Part shown: piece by piece, positions 9,076 through 18,227 of the stretch | How the letters are laid out: every line of letters begins with the position of its first letter | Numbering within the stretch: the first letter of the stretch is position 1 | DNA from: Candidatus Eiseniibacteriota bacterium | Lineage (GTDB): Bacteria > Eisenbacteria > RBG-16-71-46 | Assembly (NCBI GenBank): GCA_963725865.1 | Contig: CAVSAC010000012.1 | Coordinates: 832,001-896,000 of the forward strand | Direction of reading: 5' to 3' | Length of the DNA stretch: 64,000 bases | The notes under the pieces: generated by a model | Seen by the model: only the letters and a program-made list of their open reading frames with translations | Database searches by the model: none | What the model was told of the DNA's origin: nothing | Position numbers and translations under genes: made by a program

Positions 9076-10925
9076 AGGGAACGCAGCGACCGCGACCGGG
9101 CCGACCGGGAAGGGTGGCTGCGACGTTGGCGACCGCGCTGGCCGTCGCGGCGCTCGCCGCGCCGGGGGCGCGGGCCGCGCGCCGGAGCGGGGCTCCGCCC
9201 GACACCGTCGTGCTCAAGGAGACGGTGCGCTGGCTCGCCGATCCCGCGCGCGAGGGGCGCGGCGTCGGCACCGCGGGGTTGGACAGCGCGGCCGGGTTCG
9301 TCGAGGCGCGCATGCGCGCGCTGGGCCTGCGGCCCGCGGGCGACGACGGCGGCTGGCGCCAGTCGTTCGAGGTCACGACCGGCGTGGCGGTCGAGACGCC
9401 GACCACGTTCGCGATCGGCGCGCTGCGCGTGGAGCCCGGCGCCGACTTGCAGCCGCTCGGGTTCTCGACCAACGGCTCGCTGGCGGCACCGGTGGTGTTC
9501 GCGGGCTACGGCATCACCGCGAGCGCCCTGAACTGGGACGACTACGCGGGGCTCGACGTGCGCGACAAGCTGGTGCTGGTGCTGACCGCGGAGCCGGGTG
9601 AGAACGACTCGACCAGCCGCTTCGACGGCACCGTCAACACGCCGTTCGCCGAGCTGCGCACCAAGGCGATCAACGCGCGCGAGCACGGCGCGCTCGGGCT
9701 GGTGGTGGTGAACGGCCCCCAAGAGCACGCCGGCGAGGCGCCGCGCCCGCCGCGCAACGAGCGCACCGGCTACATGTCGAGCGGATTGCTGGCGGTGCAG
9801 GTCTCGGAGCGCATGGCGGACGCGCTGCTGAAGAGCGCGGCCACCACGCTGGCGGCGGCGCAGGCGGCGATCGAGGACGGAGGCGCTCCGCACTCGTTCG
9901 CACTGCCGGACTCGGCGACCATCACGGTCACGCTGCGGCGCACGCGCGCGCGCATCGCGAACGTGGTCGGGCGGCTGCCGGGGCGCGACAGCACGCGCAC
10001 GCTGGTGCTGGGTGCCCACTACGACCACCTCGGCTACGGCGGCGAGAACGCGCTCGACAACCAGCACGTGCCGCACCTGGGCGCCGACGACAACGCCTCC
10101 GGCACCGCGGCGCTGCTCGAGATCGCGCGCTTCGAGGCCGAGCGCGCGAAGCGCGGCTGGCGGCCGGCGCACGACCTGGTGTTCGCCTCGTTCACCGGCG
10201 AGGAGAGCGGCGTGCTGGGTTCGTCGCACTTCGTGGACGACGACTCCGCGCGGCTGCCGACCATCGAGGCCATGATCAACATGGACATGGTGGGGCGCCT
10301 CAAGGACGACAAGCTGATCGTGATGGGCACCGGCACATCGCCCGGCTTCGCGGCGCTGGTCGAGCACGTCGGGAGCGCGGCGGGCTTCAAGCTCGCGACC
10401 TCGAGCGACGGCTACGGGCCGAGCGACCACTCGTCGTTCTACAAGAAGCAGGTGCCGGTGTTGTTCCTGTTCACCGGCGCGCACAGCGACTACCACAAGC
10501 CCAGCGACACCTGGGACAAGCTGAACTACCCCGGGCTCGCGCGGGTGGCGCGGATGGCCGCGACGCTGCTGGACTCGCTCGACGCGGGGCCGCGCCCGCC
10601 CTACCGGCGCGCCGAGGCCGACACCAACCTGGCGCACGTGAGCGGCGTGCGCGGCTACGGCAGCGCCTACCTGGGCACCATCCCGGACTTCGGGCAGACC
10701 GAGGGCGGCGTGCTGCTGGCCGGCGTGCGCGAGCCGAGCCCGGCCCAGGCCGCGGGCCTGCGCGAGGGCGACGTGCTGGTGAAGTTCGACGGCATCCGCA
10801 TCGACAACCTGTACGACTACACGTACGCGCTCCGCTCCCGGAGGCCCGGGCAGCAGGTGCGCCTCACCATCAAGCGCGGCGGCCAGGAGCTCGAGATCGT
10901 CGTCACGCTGGGAAGGAGATCATGA
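9072..10925 (+). CDS. Secreted M28 aminopeptidase with PA and C-terminal PDZ domains
   Basis: Signal peptide; EGRG, FAGYGI (PA domain), GAHYDHLG, GADDNASG, FTGEE, NMDMVGR, SDH, DYH; YLGTIPD...PDZ. Confidence 0.92.
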   Translation: MKGTQRPRPGRPGRVAATLATALAVAALAAPGARAARRSGAPPDTVVLKETVRWLADPAREGRGVGTAGLDSAAGFVEARMRALGLRPAGDDGGWRQSFEVTTGVAVETPTTFAIGALRVEPGADLQPLGFSTNGSLAAPVVFAGYGITASALNWDDYAGLDVRDKLVLVLTAEPGENDSTSRFDGTVNTPFAELRTKAINAREHGALGLVVVNGPQEHAGEAPRPPRNERTGYMSSGLLAVQVSERMADALLKSAATTLAAAQAAIEDGGAPHSFALPDSATITVTLRRTRARIANVVGRLPGRDSTRTLVLGAHYDHLGYGGENALDNQHVPHLGADDNASGTAALLEIARFEAERAKRGWRPAHDLVFASFTGEESGVLGSSHFVDDDSARLPTIEAMINMDMVGRLKDDKLIVMGTGTSPGFAALVEHVGSAAGFKLATSSDGYGPSDHSSFYKKQVPVLFLFTGAHSDYHKPSDTWDKLNYPGLARVARMAATLLDSLDAGPRPPYRRAEADTNLAHVSGVRGYGSAYLGTIPDFGQTEGGVLLAGVREPSPAQAAGLREGDVLVKFDGIRIDNLYDYTYALRSRRPGQQVRLTIKRGGQELEIVVTLGRRS

Positions 10926-12004
10926 AGCTTCGCGCCGGGACCGTACTCGCACTGGCCGCCTTCGCCCTCGTCGCCGCCGCCCCCGCGCCGCGGCGCACTC
11001 CACCGGTGCCGCCCACGGCCGCCGCCGCCGACTCCCTGATCCGCCCGGGCGAGCGCCACTTCGCGCATCTGTGGCAGCTCACGTTCGGCGGGCAGAACGC
11101 CGAGGCCTACTGGTCGAACGACGGCACGAAGCTGATCCTGCAGTCCACCCGTGGCGACGCCCACTGCGATCAGGAATACGTGCTCGACCTGCGCACCGGC
11201 GTCACCACCCGGGTGAGCAACGGCCAGGGCCGCACCACGTGCGGCTACTTCTACGACCACGACCAGCGCGTGCTGTTCGCCTCGACGCACCTCGGCGGCG
11301 CCGAGTGCCCGCCCGAGCCGGACATGAGCCACGGCTACACCTGGCCGGTGTACGCGTCGTACGACATCTTCACCGCGAAGCCGGACGGCAGCGACCTGAA
11401 GCGCCTCACCGACAGTCCCGACTACGACGCGGAGGCCACGCTGTCGACCGACGGGCAGTGGATCGTGTTCACCTCGCTGCGCGAGGGCGACATCGACCTC
11501 TACAAGATGCACCCGGACGGCAGCGGGCTCACGCGTCTGACGCACGAGACCGGCTACGACGGCGGCGCGTACTTCTCGCGCGACGGGAAGTGGATCTGCT
11601 GGCGCACCCACCACCCGGCCGACTCCACCGAGACCGCGACCTACCGCGGCCTGCTCGCCCAGAACCTGGTGAAGCCGGGCGCCATGGACCTGTGGGTGAT
11701 GCGCTCCGACGGCTCGGACAAGCACCAGGTCACGCGCGACCCCGGGGCGTCGTTCGCGCCCTACTTCACGCCCGACGGCAAGCGGCTGATCTACGCGTCC
11801 AACCGGCTGCAGCCGCGCGGGCGCGACTTCGACCTCTACCTGATCGACGTCGCCGGCGGCACGCCCGAGCAGGTCACGCACGATCCCGACTTCGACGGCT
11901 TCCCGATGTTCAGCCCCGACGGCCGGTGGCTGGTGTTCTGCGCCAATCGCGGCGGCAAGGTGCGGGGCGAGACCAACGTGTTCCTCGCGGAGTGGCGCCG
12001 GTAG
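10922..12004 (+). CDS. Secreted TolB-like beta-propeller (PD40 repeats)
   Basis: Signal peptide; GQNAEAYWS, YDAEATLS, GYDGGAYFS, FAPYFTPDG, FDGFPMFSPDG repeats. Confidence 0.88.
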   Translation: MKLRAGTVLALAAFALVAAAPAPRRTPPVPPTAAAADSLIRPGERHFAHLWQLTFGGQNAEAYWSNDGTKLILQSTRGDAHCDQEYVLDLRTGVTTRVSNGQGRTTCGYFYDHDQRVLFASTHLGGAECPPEPDMSHGYTWPVYASYDIFTAKPDGSDLKRLTDSPDYDAEATLSTDGQWIVFTSLREGDIDLYKMHPDGSGLTRLTHETGYDGGAYFSRDGKWICWRTHHPADSTETATYRGLLAQNLVKPGAMDLWVMRSDGSDKHQVTRDPGASFAPYFTPDGKRLIYASNRLQPRGRDFDLYLIDVAGGTPEQVTHDPDFDGFPMFSPDGRWLVFCANRGGKVRGETNVFLAEWRR

Positions 12005-12067
12005 CGTACCCTTGCCGTCCCGGGTCGCACCGCATCCGCGGCGCGGCTCCCTCACGGAGGAGGCGCG

Positions 12068-13678
12068 ATGGGCAAGCGGCTCGAGTTCGACGACGCGGCG
12101 CGCGCCGCGCTGCTGCGCGGCGTGGACCAGCTGGCGGGCGCGGTGCGCGTCACGCTCGGCCCGCGCGGTCGCAACGTGGTGCTCGAGCACGGCGCCCACG
12201 TGCCCACCATCACGAACGACGGCCAGACCATCGCCGAGGCGATCGAGCTGGCCGACCCGTTCGAAAACCTCGGCGCCCGCATGGTGCGCGAGGCCGCGAC
12301 CGCGACCGCCGAGAGCGCCGGCGACGGCACCACCACCGCGACGGTGCTGGCGCAGGCGCTGATCACGCGCGGGCTGCAGGCGATCGCGGCCGGCCACGAC
12401 CCGATGGCGCTGCGGCGCGGCATCGAGCACGCGGTGGCCGCGGTGGTCGAGCACCTGGCGCGGACCGCCCGCCAGGTGCACGGGCGCGACGACCTGCTCC
12501 ACGTGGCGACGGTGAGCGCCGGCGGCGACGCGGAGCTGGCGCGGCTGGTGGCGGACGCGTTCGAGCGCGTCGGCCCGCAGGGCGTCGTGCAGGTCGAGGA
12601 TGGGCAGGGCCGCGGCACCACGCTCGACGTGGTGGAGGGCGTGCAGCTGGCCGGCGGCTGGCTGTCGCCGTACTTCGTCACCGCGCCCGACCGCATGGAG
12701 GCCATGCTCGAGCATCCGCTGGTGCTGGTGGCGGCCGCCACCTGCACCGACGCGCGGGACCTGGTGCCCGCGCTCGAGATCGCGGCGCGCGCGCACCGCC
12801 CGCTGCTGGTGATCGCCGAGGACGTCGAGGGCGAGGCGCTCGCCACGCTGGTCGTGAACCGGCTGCGCGGCACCGCGCCGTCGGCCGCGGTGCGGGCGCC
12901 CGGCAGCGGCGAGGCGCGCCGCGCGCTGCTGGAGGACCTGGCCGTGCTCACCGGCGCGACGTTGATCGCCGCGGACGCCGGCCGCACGCTCGACGGCGTG
13001 ACCGAGGCGGACCTGGGCCGCGCGCGCGACGCGGTGGTGGAGCGCGACACCACCACGCTGGTCGAGGGCGGCGGCTCCGCCGAGGCGATCCGCACCCACC
13101 TCGCGCGGCTCGAGCGCGAGCTGGCCGAGGCGGAGCGCGAGCGCGAGAAGCTGGCCGTGCGCGAGCGCATCGCGCGGCTCACCGGCGGCATCGCGGTGAT
13201 GCGCGTGGGCGGCGACACCGAGATGGCGATCGCCGAGCGCCGCCAGCGCCTCGAGGACGCGCTCGCCGCCACCCGCGCGGCCCTCGAGGAGGGCGTGCAC
13301 ACCGGCGGCGGCGTGGCGCTGCTGCGCGCGCAGGCGGCGGTGCGCGCGATGCCGCCCGTGGAACAGCGCGACGAGCAGCGCGGGCGCGAGATCGTGATCG
13401 AGGCGCTCGAGGAGCCGGCGCGCCAGATCGCCCACAACGCCGGCGCCGACGGCGCCGTGGTGGTCGAGCGCATCCGCGCGGGGAGCGGGAGCGAGGGCTA
13501 CGACGCCGAGCGCGGGGAGTTCTGCGACCTCGACGCGGCCGGAATCCTCGATCCGGCGAAGGTCACCCGCTCGGCCCTCCAGCACGCCGCGAGCGTGAGC
13601 GCGCTGGTGCTCACCACCGACGCGATCGTGGTGGACGCCCCCGAGGGCGAGGGCGAGGAGCCGGCGGGTGAGGAATGA
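12068..13678 (+). CDS. groEL: Group I chaperonin GroEL (divergent paralog)
   Basis: TLGPRGRNVV, ITNDG, AGDGTTTATVLA, IAEDVEGEALATLVVN, EDALAATRAA, GILDPAKVTR; GGAGGAGG RBS. Confidence 0.93.
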   Translation: MGKRLEFDDAARAALLRGVDQLAGAVRVTLGPRGRNVVLEHGAHVPTITNDGQTIAEAIELADPFENLGARMVREAATATAESAGDGTTTATVLAQALITRGLQAIAAGHDPMALRRGIEHAVAAVVEHLARTARQVHGRDDLLHVATVSAGGDAELARLVADAFERVGPQGVVQVEDGQGRGTTLDVVEGVQLAGGWLSPYFVTAPDRMEAMLEHPLVLVAAATCTDARDLVPALEIAARAHRPLLVIAEDVEGEALATLVVNRLRGTAPSAAVRAPGSGEARRALLEDLAVLTGATLIAADAGRTLDGVTEADLGRARDAVVERDTTTLVEGGGSAEAIRTHLARLERELAEAEREREKLAVRERIARLTGGIAVMRVGGDTEMAIAERRQRLEDALAATRAALEEGVHTGGGVALLRAQAAVRAMPPVEQRDEQRGREIVIEALEEPARQIAHNAGADGAVVVERIRAGSGSEGYDAERGEFCDLDAAGILDPAKVTRSALQHAASVSALVLTTDAIVVDAPEGEGEEPAGEE

Positions 13679-13737
13679 GCGGGGCGCGCGGGATCACTGG
13701 GTCACGAGACCGCATTGCCGATGCTCGTGGCGCGAGG

Positions 13738-14283
13738 ATGACCGGGATGGGAATGCGCGGCTGGATGGTGGGTCTACTGGTGCTGGGTAGCGTTGGCGCC
13801 GGCACGCCCGACCGACCGAGCCCCGCGGGACTTACGACGATCGTCGTGCGGGGCAAGGCGCAGGACGTCGTGCTTGTGGATCCGCGCGGCCGAGTGGACA
13901 GGTCCGAGCCACGCAAGGGGGACGTGCCGATCCCGGCATGCACACGATGGGACGGGGGTACGGAGACGACGCTGGACGACTCCGCGGATGTCGAGACGGA
14001 CGTCGAGGAAGCCGGGCCGGGCAACGTCGTCACCCAGATCGAGCTGGCCAGACCGATCGTCGGACGCTACCGCCTCTACGCGACGGCGACCGAGATCGGC
14101 GCGTTGAGCGTAGTCGTGACGCCGGTCGTGTCGACCGCCCAGAACAACGAATGCCCCGAACTGAGGCGGGATCTCGCGAAGGGAAGCGGGCGGTATGTCT
14201 GGGCCATCGACTTCCTGTCGGATCAAGGTGTCGGCCGATGCGCTGTGCGCATCGCCCCCGCGACGCCCAGCCGTAGGAAGTGA
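13738..14283 (+). CDS. Hypothetical secreted protein (atypical codon usage; start uncertain)
   Basis: Open frame with an N-terminal hydrophobic stretch (WMVGLLVLGSVGAG); no recognisable family. Confidence 0.5.
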   Translation: MTGMGMRGWMVGLLVLGSVGAGTPDRPSPAGLTTIVVRGKAQDVVLVDPRGRVDRSEPRKGDVPIPACTRWDGGTETTLDDSADVETDVEEAGPGNVVTQIELARPIVGRYRLYATATEIGALSVVVTPVVSTAQNNECPELRRDLAKGSGRYVWAIDFLSDQGVGRCAVRIAPATPSRRK

Positions 14284-14410
14284 TCGACGAGAGTCTCGTC
14301 CGAGAAACGCGGCTGGACGGAGGGTCGCGATCCTTGGCCTTGGTGACCGACCGAGACTATCGACTCCGGAGTATCCGACATCAGGGCCTCGGTACGGCGC
14401 AGGAGAACTG

Positions 14411-15319
14411 ATGAGAGCCGCGAAGGCAGCAGTGCGAACCACACAAGTGACGATCTTCATCGGGCTCTTGCTGAGCATCTCATGCGGCTGCGAGCGATCA
14501 TCAGCACGGCCGACCGGGCGACTGATCTTCACCGTGCCGGGCAGCGAGGTGGGAATGGTGGATCTGACGACCCGGGCGCACTCACGGCTCGCGTGGCTCT
14601 GGCCCACCTCGCACTGGAATGGCGGAATCGGTGGGGTCGTGCAAGGCCGCGCGATCCTGTCCGTGTCCGGTATGAACGACGCCGTGGGGATCGTCTACGT
14701 AGTGCCGCTCGCCGGCGGTCGCCTGATGCCGATCTTGAACGCGGACATCCCCGTCGCGACGACCGATGGTCGGTGGATCGTGTGCCGACCGGATGGCGAT
14801 GAGGCCGCCGCGAGGATGCTCCGGATCGCCACCTCGCCTGACTCGAACCGGATCCGCGTCGACACGCTTTCACCCCGCTTGGCGGTGTCCCGGGACTACG
14901 ATCAGTGGTCGCCGCCCGTGGCGCTGGATTCGGCTTGGGTGGCGTTCCGGGGACGGGATGGGGCCGTCTGGAAGTGCGACGCCGGCTCGGGTCGAGTGGA
15001 GAGGCTCGGGGGCGACGGTCTGATTCCCATGTTTCGAGTGGCGGGAACTAAGCTCCTCATCTGTGGGCGCTCGAGCAGCCGCACGATCGTCGCGTTCGAT
15101 CTCGAAAGCGCTCGAGCAGCCCCGGTGGGCGACTTGAGGGGCATGGTGGGCTATGCGCCGCATCCTCAGGAGCCCCTGACGCTGGTCGTGGTGCCCGGTC
15201 GGCCGCGGATCGGAAGGGACAGCTATCGACTGGAATTGCGAGACTGGCGGAACGGCAGCCGCCACGTGGTGGATGAGGACTTCTACTTCAGTGGGAACGC
15301 AGTTTGGTTGGCGGACTAG
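14411..15319 (+). CDS. Hypothetical lipoprotein, possible beta-propeller (atypical codon usage)
   Basis: AGGAG RBS before the ATG at 14411; signal peptide ending LLLSISCGC; 'TTDGRWIV'-type propeller motifs. Confidence 0.55.
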   Translation: MRAAKAAVRTTQVTIFIGLLLSISCGCERSSARPTGRLIFTVPGSEVGMVDLTTRAHSRLAWLWPTSHWNGGIGGVVQGRAILSVSGMNDAVGIVYVVPLAGGRLMPILNADIPVATTDGRWIVCRPDGDEAAARMLRIATSPDSNRIRVDTLSPRLAVSRDYDQWSPPVALDSAWVAFRGRDGAVWKCDAGSGRVERLGGDGLIPMFRVAGTKLLICGRSSSRTIVAFDLESARAAPVGDLRGMVGYAPHPQEPLTLVVVPGRPRIGRDSYRLELRDWRNGSRHVVDEDFYFSGNAVWLAD

Positions 15320-15368
15320 GAGATTGAGCACGCCGCTACGGGCGGCCTGCTCCTCCGACCGATGAAGC

Positions 15369-15923
15369 TCAGGCGCGCCGCCGCGCCGGCTTGCGGCTTG
15401 CGGTCTTCGCCCGCTTCGCGCCGTTCGCGCTCGCCCCGGCTCTGCGCGGCCGCTGCTTCGCCGAGATCGACTTGACCACCGTGCGCACCGGGCCGCGCGC
15501 CGGCATCGGCACCTTCGACTGCGGCGACGGCGGCGCGCACGATCGCCACGACCGCGGCTGATCGAGATCGGCGGCGCTCGCGCGGCGCAGGAAGCGGTTG
15601 AAGTTCCCGCAGCCCTCCAGGAGGCCCTCGGGGTCGGGCAGCGTCGCGCCCTGCAGCAACGCGAGGCCCACGCCGCGCGCGTAGGCGGCGATCGAGATGA
15701 TCGCCTCCGAGGCGCGCTCGGAGGGGCCGTAGCCGATCACGAAGAAGTTGTAGTTGTCGTACACCATCTCGATCGGCGGTCGGGAAGCGCCGCCGCACCT
15801 TCACGCGCGAGGCGCGGATCAGGCGCTGGATCGGCGGGTCGAACTTGGCGATGAATCCGTCCACCTGCCTCAGCGACGGACGCGGCGTGGAAGTGGGGAC
15901 GGCTTCGCGGGCGGCTTCTTCAT
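15369..15923 (-). pseudogene. DUF1801/YdhG-like protein broken by several frameshifts
   Basis: GGAGGAG RBS and ATG at 15923; segments DGFIAKFDP...RRRFPTA / EMVYDNYNFFVIGYGPSERASEAI...LPDPEGLLEG / AVVAIVRAAV / TVVKSISAKQRPRR lie in alternating frames. Confidence 0.7.
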
Positions 15924-16032
15924 GGAGAGCTCCTCCTCGGCGAGGCGATCGCGGCCGTGGCGATGCGCTCGCGTCGACGCGCGGAGTGCCGGCACGTGTA
16001 CGGGCCGGCGCGCACGCGAGCGGCGCGCGCGC

Positions 16033-16887
16033 TCACGGCGCGGGCAATCCGAGCGGGCGGCGCTCCGGCGCCTGCCACACGACGCGCGCGGAGGCTCCGG
16101 TCTCGGTCGCCAGCACCGTCTCCAGCTCCGCCGCCTCGAGTGCGACCACCGCGAGCCCGCGCCAGTCGTCGCCGTCGGCGCACGCGCTGGTCAGCCGCCC
16201 GCAGCGCTCGCCCGCGCGCAGCAGATCGCCCGGGACGTCGGGTGCCGCGCCGGAGCCCGCGAGTCCCACCAGCCGGCGGCGCGGCCCACGGTAGGTCACC
16301 AGCCGCATCAGCGTCTCCTGCCCGGTGAAGCAGCCCTTCGACAGGTGCACCTCGTGCGCGAGGCCGACCTCGAACGGCGTGAAGTCCTCGGCGATCTCGT
16401 GGCGGTGGCGCGGCTGGCCGCGCACGATGCGGTCGAGCTCGTCGATGGGATCGGACACAACGCCGGGCGCGTCGTCGACCACCACCGCGAACGCGTCGTC
16501 GACCTGCACCTCGCGCGGCAGGCCGTTCGCCTCGCGGAGCGTGCCCGGCGGCAGCGCCGGCGTGCCGCGGCGCGCGCGTACCACGTGGCCGATGCCGGCA
16601 TCGGCGAGCGTCAGATTCTCGCGGAACACCGAGCGGTCCACGAACGCGCGCAGCTCCTCGCCGGGCCCGTCGTCGCGCAGCAGCCACACGGCGCCGTCCG
16701 CGGTCACCGCCACCGCCGCGCGATGAAGCAGCCGGGCGCGGAAGTCGCAGAACAGCGTGGCCCGCACCTGTCCCGGCGCCAGGTCGGCGAGATACGCGGT
16801 CGCGATGCGGTGCAGCAGCGGGAGCGCGTCGGGGCCGGCCAGGCGCACGAGCGCGCCGGCGGAACCGGTCGTGGGGGGCGTCGACAT
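16033..16887 (-). CDS. YgfZ/GcvT-like folate-binding protein
   Basis: GPDALPLLH, KGCFTGQE signature of YgfZ, GRLTS. Confidence 0.88.
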   Translation of the reverse strand: MSTPPTTGSAGALVRLAGPDALPLLHRIATAYLADLAPGQVRATLFCDFRARLLHRAAVAVTADGAVWLLRDDGPGEELRAFVDRSVFRENLTLADAGIGHVVRARRGTPALPPGTLREANGLPREVQVDDAFAVVVDDAPGVVSDPIDELDRIVRGQPRHRHEIAEDFTPFEVGLAHEVHLSKGCFTGQETLMRLVTYRGPRRRLVGLAGSGAAPDVPGDLLRAGERCGRLTSACADGDDWRGLAVVALEAAELETVLATETGASARVVWQAPERRPLGLPAP

Positions 16888-16969
16888 GGGCCGACCCTAT
16901 CGGGGTCCGCACCGCTGGCGCAAGCCCGGGGGCGCTGCTAGAGTCGCGCCGCGCTGCGCGCACCCGCCC

Positions 16970-18043
16970 ATGACTCCGACCACCGCCTCCATCGTCGAGC
17001 TGCTGACCACGCTCGTGGACATCCCGAGTGTCACCGGGGACGAAGCTCGCATCGCCACGTTCGTGAGCGAGCGATTGCGCGCCGCCGGCACGGGCGAGGT
17101 GATGCGCTCGGGGAACGGCGTGGTGTGGCGCGGGCCCCAGCGGGGTCGCCCGCTCGCGCTGCTCGCCGGTCACCTCGACACGGTGCCGCCCAACGACAAC
17201 GCGCGCGCGCGCCTCGACGGCGACAAGCTCTTCGGACTCGGCACCACCGACATGAAGGGCGGCGTGGCGGTGATGCTGGCGCTGCTCGAGGGGCTCGACC
17301 TGGCGCGGCTGCGGTTCGATCTCGCGCTGGTGTTCTACGACGCGGAGGAGGGGCCTGCCGACGGCAACGGGCTCGGCCGCCTGCTGCACGAGATGCCGTG
17401 GCTGCGGCAGGCCGCGTTCGCGGTGCTGCTCGAGCCCACCGACGGCGCGGTCGAGCTGGGGTGCAACGGCGTGATGAACGCCGAAGTGCGCGTGACCGGC
17501 CGCAGCGCGCACGCCGCGCGGCCGTGGACCGGCGTGAACGCGGTCGAGCGCGCCGCGCCGTGGCTGGCCGAGATCGTGCACTTCCCGACGACGCCGGTGA
17601 CGCTGCAGGGGATCGAGTACCGCGAGACGCTCCAGGTCACCACGCTGCACGCCGGCCGCGCGCGCAACGTGGTGCCCGACGAGCTGGTCGTCAACCTGAA
17701 CCACCGATTCACGCCCGATCACACCATCGCCGACGCCGAGCGCAAGCTGCGCGCGCTGGTGCCGGCGGAGTTCGAGCTGCGCATCGTCGACGCCGCGCCG
17801 GCGGGCAAGGTGGCGGCCGATCATCCCGAGGTGGCGGCGTTCATCCGCCGCTTCGGCCTGCGCACCGCGGGCAAGCAGGGCTGGACCGACGTCGCGCGCT
17901 TCACTGAGGCGGGCATCGCGGCCTTCAACTTCGGCCCCGGGGTCCCGGACCTCTGCCACGTGCGCGACGAGTATTGTCCGATCGCGAACCTCGAGCCGGC
18001 GTGCCGCATGCTGGCCGAGTTCCTGAGCGAGGAACGAGCATGA
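16970..18043 (+). CDS. dapE: Succinyl-diaminopimelate desuccinylase (M20 family)
   Basis: DIPSVTGDE, GHLDTVP, GTTDMKGG, YDAEEG, HAARPW.GVNA, GWTDVARF, NFGPG; clustered with dapC and dapD. Confidence 0.9.
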   Translation: MTPTTASIVELLTTLVDIPSVTGDEARIATFVSERLRAAGTGEVMRSGNGVVWRGPQRGRPLALLAGHLDTVPPNDNARARLDGDKLFGLGTTDMKGGVAVMLALLEGLDLARLRFDLALVFYDAEEGPADGNGLGRLLHEMPWLRQAAFAVLLEPTDGAVELGCNGVMNAEVRVTGRSAHAARPWTGVNAVERAAPWLAEIVHFPTTPVTLQGIEYRETLQVTTLHAGRARNVVPDELVVNLNHRFTPDHTIADAERKLRALVPAEFELRIVDAAPAGKVAADHPEVAAFIRRFGLRTAGKQGWTDVARFTEAGIAAFNFGPGVPDLCHVRDEYCPIANLEPACRMLAEFLSEERA

Positions 18044-18087
18044 AGAAGACCCGTGCCCGCAGGACCTCCGGTGCCGCGAAGCGTACC

Positions 18088-18171
18088 CGCCGCGCCGCGA
18101 AGCCCGCGCGCCGCGTCACGAAGGCCGCGCACCGCGTCACGAAACCTGCGCGCCGCGTCGCGAAGCCCGCG
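18088..18171 (+). repeat. Four 21-nt imperfect tandem repeats encoding RR(A/V)(A/T)K(P/A)A-type heptads
   Basis: cgccgcgccgcgaagcccgcg / cgccgcgtcacgaaggccgcg / caccgcgtcacgaaacctgcg / cgccgcgtcgcgaagcccgcg. Confidence 0.85.
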
Positions 18172-18227
18172 CGCGCGCGCCCGCCGCGGCCGCCGCGCCG
18201 CGCGCGCGCGCCGCCCGCCGCGCGCCG

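Noticed and set aside
6739..10925. Apparent long fusions in the ORF track (6739-8241 and 7617-10925; likewise 18053-20218, 21258-22760, 54785-56272)
   Set aside because: Upstream parts overlap real genes in other frames; true starts are at stop/start overlaps (7453, 9072, 19382, 21933, 55292).
18088..18171. CRISPR-like reading of the short repeats (also 49488-49542 and 58554-58601)
   Set aside because: Head-to-tail tandem units without unique spacers, and no cas genes.
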